From positions 111,974,001-112,038,000 of the forward strand of contig NC_086107.1 of assembly GCF_963921235.1 (NCBI RefSeq): a stretch of 64,000 nt of DNA, given 5' to 3'. A program made the translations under genes and the position numbers. Position 1 is the stretch's first letter, and every line of letters begins with the position of its first letter. The notes beneath the pieces are model-generated. The model was not told the origin of the DNA, did no database searches, and worked only from the letters and a program-made list of their open reading frames with translations. Origin of the DNA: Mobula hypostoma (taxonomy: Eukaryota). Shown one piece after another: positions 60,501 through 64,000 of this stretch.

Positions 60501-63478
60501 CCTAATGAAGCCTAGCTGCTGTTGTGCCTTATTTTTCTGATTCTGATTCTGATATTATTTGTATATACATGAATCATTTCCTTAAGGAGCTTGTTTCAAT
60601 TACTTCTCATTTACACACTGCAATATGATTTCTATGGATCTGTTTTGAATTTATCCCAGCACTCCTTCTATCTGCCATCAATTATCCATCAATTGTTCCA
60701 AAGCTCTCACTGCCCACACCTAATGATGCCTTTCTTGAATGATTTGGCTAAAAGTCCATAGCCAACATTGCTTAAGCAAATTAGCTGGTCATTATCACAA
60801 GCAGGAGAAAATCTGCAGATGCTGGAAATCCAGAACAACACACAAAATTCTGGAGGAACTCAGCAGGTCAGGCAGCACTTGTGGAAAAGAGTAAACAATT
60901 GACGTTTCACAACGAGACGCTTTATCAGGACTGGAAAGGAAGGGGGAAGGAGTCAGAATAAGGTGGGGGCAGGGGAGGAAGAAATACAAAGTGGCAGGTG
61001 CGAGGTGAAGCAGGGGGAGGGGTTGAAGGAGCTGGGTTGAAAGGTTCAATTTAATGCCAGAGAAATGTATACAATATACATCCTGAAATCCTGAAGTTGA
61101 TTAGTAAAATACAACCTGTCCATCACATCCCTCTAATGCTCCCCCTTCCTTTTCTTCCATGGTCTGTCCTCTCCTATCAGATTCCCCCTTCTCCAGCCCT
61201 TTATCTCTTTCACCAATCAACTTTCCAGCTCTTTACTTCACCCCCTCCCCGTTTCCTAGTTTCACCTATCACCTTCCATCTTGTACTTCTTCGTCCCCTC
61301 CCCCCACCTTCTTACTCTGACTTCTCCCCTTCCTTTCCAGTCCTGACGAAGAATCTTGGCCTGAAATGTCGACTGTTTATTCACTTCCATAGATGCTGCC
61401 TGGCCTGCTGCCTCCCTCCAGCATTTTGTGTGTGGTACTTTGGATTTCCAGCATCTGCAGACTTTCTTGTTTTTCTCTTTCGCCAGATATTTAGTTCCTT
61501 AGTTGGTCATTGCCTGTTTTATTGTTCCTGCATTTTACTTCCCACTTGTGGTGATTGGTTGTCCACTGTACCCGACAATGACAGTTTTTTGAAACCGGTG
61601 CAGGAGTTTTTGAAGTGGAAAAGCCACTGCACTGGGGCAGTTCTGAACTGCAGGCGTCTGGGTCCTGTGGTACGATCGGTCATCACAAACTGGAGTCTTC
61701 TGTGGTTGCAGTGGATGACTATGACTTCTCCTGTGCCTTGTCATGCCCTTCGCTCTCCATGGAGCATTGCAAACCCAGCTTCCTGGCTGCTGAATCTCAG
61801 TGTTACTCTCATCTGCCCAGTCCTCTAGAGCTGAGTGTTCATGCTAGGTCAGGCATGTCCCTTTCTTACCAGGGTATAAGGCCTGCCGGCCACCCTCACC
61901 CAGTTTAGCCCACCTGTTGAAGCGGTGTACCAGGGTGTCAGCAGCTACTTGGAGCCACAGGGGACCAAAGAGCAGTGATCTGCCCCAGAATGGACACCAC
62001 GAGCCCTTTCTCTGTTGATAAAGATGCAGATAACACCACTGCTGTTGGTAAAATCTCAGGTGGTGATGAGGAGGCATACAGCAGTGGGATAGATCAGCTG
62101 GATGACAGGTGTCACCACAACAACCTCCTACTCAGTATCAGCAAGACTGTGGACTTCAGCAAGTGGAAGTCAGGAGAGCACACAGTAGTTGTCATTGAGG
62201 GGTCAGCAGAGGAAAGTGTGCACAGCTCTAAGTTCCTGGGTGTCAACATCTCTGAGGATCTCTCCTGGACCAAACACATTGAAGATATCACAAGGAGAGC
62301 ATGCAAGCAGCTCAACTTCCTTAGGGTTTGTTAACAAAGACTCGTGCAAATTTCTATAGACGTATGGTGCAGATCATTCTTATTGTCTGGTGTGGAAGCC
62401 CCAGTGCACAGCATCACAAGAGGCTGTAGAGTGTTGTAGATTCAGCCAGTTCCATCAGGGCACAACCCTCCCCTTCATCGAGGCCATCTTCAAGAGAGGC
62501 TGCCTCAAGAAGGCACCATCCATCATTACTACAGGAAGGATGTAGATACTATAGAGAGAGCGCAGAGATTTACAAGGATGTTGCCTGGATTGGGGAGCAT
62601 GCCTTATGAGAATAGGCTGAGTGAACTTTGCCTTTTCTCCTTGAAGTGACGGAGGATGAGTGGTGACCTGACAGAGGCATATAAGATGATAAGAGGCATT
62701 TTGATCATGTGGATAGCCAGATGCTTTTTCCCAGGGCTGAAATGGTTAACACGAGGGGTCATAGTTTTAGGTGCTTGGAGGTAGGAACAAGGGGGATGTT
62801 AGAGCGGTGGGTGCATGGAATGCACTGCCAGCAACAGTGGTAGAGGCGGATACAACAGGGTCTTTTAAGAGTCTCTTAGGTAGGTACATGGAGCTTAGAA
62901 AAATAGAGGGCTATGCAGTTAGGTAATTTTAGGCAGTTTCTATAGTAGGTTACATGGTCGGCACAATATTGTGGGCTGAAGGGCCTGTAATGTGCTGTAG
63001 ATTTCTATGATTCTATGATTAAAGACCCTCACTACCCAGGATATGCCCTCTTCCTGTTACTACCATCCGGGAGGAAGTACAGGAGCATGAAGACACACAC
63101 TCAATAATTCTGGTACAGCTTCATCTCTTCCACCATCAGGTTTCTGATGGGCTCATGAACCCTCATTATTCCACATTATTTTTTTAAATTTCAAGTTTCT
63201 TGTTTGCTTTCATGCTGCACTGCTGTCGCAGAGTGATGAGCTTCAAGTCATCTACCACAGTGACAATGAGCCTGACTGTGATTCTGAGTCTGTGACTGAT
63301 GCTTTGCCTTCTTCGCTTAGGCTGGATCCTCAGAGTCACGTAGAGTCACCCAGTTCCAATTCACTTGCTGGTCAAACCAGAGTATTCCTAAGACCACAGA
63401 GAACCTGCTGCAGTTCCACGGGATGATCCGGAATTACCTCAACAAAGGTCAGGGAGGAGTTCCTGTCGTACATTGTAG
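3172..63478 (+). CDS. PTPRJ-like: R3-subtype receptor-type protein tyrosine phosphatase gene (PTPRJ/PTPRH-like), multi-exon, partial at both ends
   Basis: Chain of AG/GT-bounded, phase-compatible exons encoding signal-like peptide, 5 FN3 domains, TM helix, wedge region and PTP motifs ([32 protein letters not shown]). FN3-only ectodomain is R3 architecture; TKCVE/KCEEYWP resemble PTPRJ. Orthology not established. Confidence 0.88.
4570..6230. mobile_element. CR1 ORF1/ORF2-junction fragment (minus) with a nested CR1 3' fragment (plus, about 5312-6100)
   Basis: [19 protein letters not shown] on minus; [11 protein letters not shown]...[13 protein letters not shown]...FFTQRVV on plus. Confidence 0.75.
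6550..9545 (+). mobile_element. CR1 LINE, 5'-truncated in the ORF1 region but with intact ORF2; ends in TTTCTATG-like tail
   Basis: 932-aa uninterrupted ORF plus 3' UTR cctactcctgcacctattttctatgtttctat; nested inside a Rex/Babar remnant. Confidence 0.95.
6657..9455 (+). CDS. CR1 ORF2: APE endonuclease plus reverse transcriptase
   Basis: VGITETW, MGDFN, SDH (APE); [46 protein letters not shown] (RT). Confidence 0.95.
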   Translation: MCVNARSIRNKVDELKVQIVINDYDIVGITETWLQGDQGWELNVQGYSIFRRDRHEGRGDGVALLVKGEINAIERKDVSREDVESIWVELRNTKGQKTLVGVVYRPPNSSSEVGDGIKQEIRNVCNKGTAVIMGDFNLHVDWVNQIGKGAEEEDFLECMRDGFLNQHVEEPTREQAILDWVLSNEEGLISDLVVRGPLGKSDHNMVKFFIKMESDIVNSETKVLNLKRGNFEGMRRELAKIDWQMTLKGLTVDMQWQAFKGCMDELQQLFIPVWQKNKSRKVVHPWLTREIRDSINSKEEAYKLARESGSPEDWEKFRVQQRRTKGLIRKGKKDYERKLAGNIKTDCKSFYRYVKRKRLVKTNVGPLQTETGELIMGSKDMANQLNNYFGSVFTKEDINNLPEIAGDRGSSEMEELSEIHVSREVVLGKLKGLKADKFPGPDGLHPRVLKEVGQEIVDAIVIIFQNSLDSGLVPEDWRVANVTPLFKKGGREKPGNYRPVSLTSVVGKLLESVIKDVITAHLESGEMIGQSQHGFVKGRSCLTNLIEFFEDVTSRVDRGEPVDVVYLDFQKAFDKVPHRRLVCKLKAHGIGGKVLVWVENWLADRKQRVGINGTFSEWQAVISGVPQGSVLGPQLFTIYINDLDEGIKCSISKFADDTKLGGSVNCEEDAKRMQGDLDRLGEWANSWQMQFNVDKCEVIHFGGKNRKTDYYLNGGRLGKGEVQRDLGVIIHQSLKVGMQVQQAVKKANGMLAFIARGFEYRSREVLLQLYKALVRPHLEYCVQFWSPILRKDILAIEGVQRRFTRLIPGMAGLSYEERLDELGLYSLEFRRLRGYLIETYKILKGLDRLDAGRLFPMLGKSRTRGHSLRIEGKPFRTEIRKNFFTQRVVNLWNSLPQETVEASSLAIFKRELDLAPVATGVRGYGGKAGAGF
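9546..10210 (-). mobile_element. Rex1/Babar-like LINE fragment (its 3' end continues at about 6420-6545, split by the CR1)
   Basis: [27 protein letters not shown]...[10 protein letters not shown]. Confidence 0.7.
11068..11422 (+). mobile_element. L1/Tx1-like 3' fragment with 17-bp TSD
   Basis: TSD gaaatgaataaacagtc at 11051-11067 and 11423-11439; encodes LERIRY...[17 protein letters not shown] and A-rich end. Confidence 0.65.
11435..11472 (-). ncRNA. Minimal hammerhead ribozyme motif (PLE-associated)
   Basis: Minus strand CAGUC-CUGAAGA-AGGGUCUUGGCCU-GAAAC-GUU-GACUG. Confidence 0.68.
12173..12200 (+). CDS. Micro-exon EVICSQSST, phase 0 to 1, probable end of signal peptide
   Basis: tttcttcatcaacag acceptor, strong A|gtaagt donor, 28 nt, joins in frame to the first FN3 exon. 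Confidence 0.65.
13508..13760 (+). mobile_element. V-SINE (HE1-like); other copies at about 25620-25895 (-), 40715-40925 (+) and 51805-52080 (-)
   Basis: B-box-like ggttcaattccc and V-domain ttttcctccgggtgctccagtttcctcc. Confidence 0.7.
13951..14229 (+). CDS. FN3 exon 1 (279 nt, phase 1-1)
   Basis: PSPVTGL...SLIIEWKKP...YTYRITV...[15 protein letters not shown]; many N-x-S/T sequons; A|gtaagt donor. Confidence 0.92.
14238..17120 (-). mobile_element. Degenerate CR1 LINE (ORF1 3' end plus fragmented ORF2)
   Basis: [15 protein letters not shown]...[13 protein letters not shown]...[22 protein letters not shown]. Confidence 0.9.
19244..19522 (+). CDS. FN3 exon 2 (279 nt, phase 1-1)
   Basis: ctcttaacag acceptor, gtaagt donor; SLTIEWIKP...[12 protein letters not shown]. 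Confidence 0.93.
19735..19940 (-). mobile_element. tRNA-derived SINE with GAA-rich tail (co-duplicated copy at about 21710-21915)
   Basis: Minus strand starts gccagtggggtagtgacatcc...ggctcaaat (A/B-box-like) and ends agaacaagaagaa. Confidence 0.55.
20663..20700 (+). ncRNA. Minimal hammerhead ribozyme motif, sense to the host gene
   Basis: CAGUC-CUGAAGA-AGGGUCUUGGCCC-GAAAU-GUC-GACUG; perfect stem I. Confidence 0.72.
21216..21494 (+). CDS. FN3 exon 3 (279 nt, phase 1-1)
   Basis: ctcttaacag acceptor, gtaagt donor; SLTIQWTKP...[12 protein letters not shown]. Confidence 0.93.
22961..23239 (+). CDS. FN3 exon 4 (279 nt, phase 1-1)
   Basis: ctcttaacag acceptor, G|gtaagt donor; SLTIVWTKP...[12 protein letters not shown]. 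Confidence 0.93.
24319..24591 (+). CDS. Membrane-proximal FN3 exon 5 (273 nt, phase 1-1)
   Basis: ttttttag acceptor, C|gtgagt donor; [10 protein letters not shown]...VEWNEPKG...[17 protein letters not shown]...CWT. Confidence 0.92.
24632..25345 (-). mobile_element. CR1 3' fragment
   Basis: [11 protein letters not shown]...[14 protein letters not shown]. Confidence 0.8.
25913..29190 (-). mobile_element. CR1 LINE (second subfamily): ORF1 C-terminus and broken ORF2
   Basis: [47 protein letters not shown]1 DWLHLN. Confidence 0.92.
29395..29740 (+). mobile_element. Tc1/mariner-derived non-autonomous fragment
   Basis: Same family as 32193-38760; cactcagtggcc...ttattagg terminal motif. Confidence 0.55.
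30295..30645. repeat. 66-bp minisatellite (about 5 units) with embedded (GA)n expansions
   Basis: Unit starts ccttcctc at 30295, 30361, 30427, 30578, 30632; pure GA run at about 30520-30560. Confidence 0.9.
30940..31027 (+). CDS. Transmembrane exon ([30 protein letters not shown]), phase 1 to 2
   Basis: tatttacag acceptor, AG|gtaaga donor; hydrophobic helix followed by basic stop-transfer residues. Confidence 0.9.
31330..31995 (+). mobile_element. CR1 3' fragment
   Basis: EYCEQF...[14 protein letters not shown]...RGDLIETY. Confidence 0.8.
32317..37692 (+). mobile_element. Near full-length Nimb/I-clade LINE: ORF1 (zinc knuckles) and ORF2 (APE-RT-RNase H-Cys), degenerate
   Basis: [14 protein letters not shown] and [66 protein letters not shown] (RNase H); (GAA)n tail; TSD ttcagt at 32311-32316 and 37693-37698. 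Confidence 0.88.
35738..35963. mobile_element. Fold-back Penelope-derived mini-element inside the Nimb RT
   Basis: About 87-bp inverted arms; 13-bp TSD taataaatggggt at 35725-35737 and 35964-35976. Confidence 0.85.
38974..39027 (+). CDS. Juxtamembrane exon ([18 protein letters not shown]), phase 2-2
   Basis: tttttatcattccag acceptor, AA|gtacgt donor, 54 nt, in frame between TM and wedge exons. Confidence 0.72.
40170..40242 (+). CDS. Wedge-region exon ([24 protein letters not shown]), phase 2 to 0
   Basis: ttttgctccccag acceptor, CGG|gtgtgt donor; resembles the PIxVxxF...GFxxEY segment that precedes RPTP catalytic domains. Confidence 0.85.
41030..41746 (-). mobile_element. RTE-clade LINE remnant, internally deleted
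   Basis: [19 protein letters not shown]-rich 3' tail near 41030. Confidence 0.6.
41918..42166. mobile_element. Solo LTR (249 bp) inserted in a CR1 3' fragment
   Basis: TGTTA...TAACA termini; 5-bp TSD tatag at 41913-41917 and 42167-42171; diverged inverted copy at about 47791-47985. Confidence 0.75.
42457..46493 (-). mobile_element. Near full-length CR1 LINE: ORF1 (CxxC zinc finger plus SGNH esterase) and ORF2, frameshifted
   Basis: CAVC...[23 protein letters not shown] motifs; (CTATTGT)n tail; possible TSD cattta. Confidence 0.93.
46843..47219. mobile_element. Penelope-derived insert with inverted ends
   Basis: TSD ttggttcggaatgc at 46829-46842 and 47220-47233. Confidence 0.8.
48797..49015. 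mobile_element. Fold-back Penelope-derived mini-element in a CR1 fragment
   Basis: Inverted arms; TSD attgaaagg at 48788-48796 and 49016-49024. Confidence 0.78.
49035..49782 (-). mobile_element. Chapaev (CMC superfamily)-like DNA transposon, internally deleted
   Basis: Transposase C-terminal signature [43 protein letters not shown]; family assignment from recalled motif, not from a search. Confidence 0.62.
50660..51355 (+). mobile_element. Degraded Penelope-like element fragment (GIY-YIG region plus pLTR)
   Basis: gatagggttccccttgtc...; [11 protein letters not shown]; homologous to 1302-2300. Confidence 0.7.
51642..51776 (+). CDS. PTP domain exon ([45 protein letters not shown]), 135 nt, phase 0-0
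   Basis: Classical PTP motifs 4-6; ccttgtag acceptor, CAG|gtgagt donor. Confidence 0.96.
55158..55280 (+). CDS. PTP domain exon ([41 protein letters not shown]), phase 0-0
   Basis: KCxxYWP motif 7; tttccag acceptor, AAG|gtgaag donor. Confidence 0.95.
55352..55602. mobile_element. Fold-back Penelope-derived mini-element carrying two opposed hammerhead motifs
   Basis: TSD taaggcatt at 55343-55351 and 55603-55611, inside a CR1 3' fragment (about 55333-56155). Confidence 0.8.
55500..55537 (+). ncRNA. Hammerhead motif, partly degenerate (opposite-strand partner at 55452-55489)
   Basis: CAGCC-CUGAUGA-AGGGUCUCGGUCU-GAAAC-GUC-AACUG. Confidence 0.5.
56555..57761 (-). mobile_element. 5'-truncated CR1 of the same young subfamily as 6550-9545, nested in an older CR1 fragment
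   Basis: 307-aa ORF almost identical to the C-terminus of the 932-aa ORF; short internal deletion near 56880. Confidence 0.93.
58540..59412 (-). mobile_element. Rex1/Babar-like LINE 3' fragment
   Basis: [14 protein letters not shown]...[11 protein letters not shown]...[10 protein letters not shown]...SGRRLRS...[10 protein letters not shown]. Confidence 0.82.
59711..61470. mobile_element. Cluster of Penelope pLTR fragments (59711-59999 -, 60796-61040 -, 61137-61470 +) with Rex fragments between
   Basis: Family motifs and hammerhead-like cores. Confidence 0.7.
61338..61375 (+). ncRNA. Hammerhead motif with weakened stem II
   Basis: CAGUC-CUGACGA-AGAAUCUUGGCCU-GAAAU-GUC-GACUG. Confidence 0.5.
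61990..63290 (+). mobile_element. Rex1/Babar remnant with a nested CR1 3' fragment (about 62530-63020)
   Basis: [18 protein letters not shown]1 tail atttctatgattctatg. Confidence 0.65.
63321..63478 (+). CDS. PTP domain exon with WPD-loop position and start of the catalytic motif ([13 protein letters not shown]...VPVVHC), phase 0 to 2
   Basis: cttcgcttag acceptor, TGT AG|gtaagc donor splitting the HCSAG motif at its usual intron position. Confidence 0.94.
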
Positions 63479-64000
63479 GTAAGCATCTCCTTTGTTCAGT
63501 CTTTACGGACTTCAATTCTCAGTTAAGGGTATGTCTTAAAAGGCCCATCAAGAGTCTTACTACTGCTCTGTTATGAGCTACACTTCCTTTTCTTCCAGCC
63601 TTTGCTCTGCTGACTCTTCATTTATAGAACATAGAATACTACAGCACAGTGCAGGCCATTCAGCCCACAATGTTGTCCAACCTTATAATCTAATCTAAGA
63701 TCAATCCAGCTCTTCCATATTTATATCATCCATCTCCCTGTCTAAGAGATTTTTAAATGTCTCTAATGTATCTGTCTCTATGGCCACCTCTGGCAGGGCG
63801 TCCCACACTCTCCCCACCCTCTGTTTAAAAAAAATCTCACCTCTGACATCCCCTATACGTTTCTCCAATCATCTTAAAATTACGCCCACCCCCCTTCTGC
63901 TTCAGCCATTTCCACTCTGGGGGAAAATGTATCTGGCTACCCATTCAACCTATGCCTCTTATCACCTTGTACACCTCTGTCCAGTCACTTCCTTCACTCC

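Noticed and set aside
61097..61828. 243-aa ORF and similar Pro/Ser/Leu-rich ORFs (e.g. 46829-47404, 22165-22644)
   Set aside because: Read-through of pyrimidine-rich Penelope terminal repeats; no domain content
1..64000. CRISPR array, rRNA/tRNA genes or prokaryotic operons
   Set aside because: No regularly spaced repeat-spacer array; tRNA-like boxes belong to SINE heads; the sequence is spliced vertebrate DNA

Overview
Vertebrate genomic DNA, most likely from a cartilaginous fish (inferred from the repeat complement: many CR1 LINEs, V-SINEs, Neptune-type Penelope elements and Rex1/Babar fragments). Almost the whole window is one + strand gene for an R3-subtype receptor protein tyrosine phosphatase (PTPRJ/PTPRH-like). 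I reconstruct 13 phase-compatible exons: two probable signal-peptide micro-exons, five FN3 exons (four of them tandem-duplicated 279-nt exons), a transmembrane exon, two juxtamembrane/wedge exons and three PTP-domain exons. The gene runs off both ends of the window. The PTP domain looks atypical. The WPD loop reads WSN, and I cannot find the two exons that normally carry the KNRY and DxxRV/DYINA motifs, yet the frame stays open without them. This suggests a pseudophosphatase-like receptor with a diversifying FN3 ectodomain. The introns are packed with transposons: one CR1 with an intact ORF2, a near full-length Nimb/I LINE, a Chapaev-like fragment, a solo LTR, and many Penelope-derived pieces carrying minimal hammerhead ribozyme motifs, several as fold-back mini-elements with target-site duplications (TSDs). 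Exon and TSD coordinates were read by hand; other transposon boundaries are approximate.
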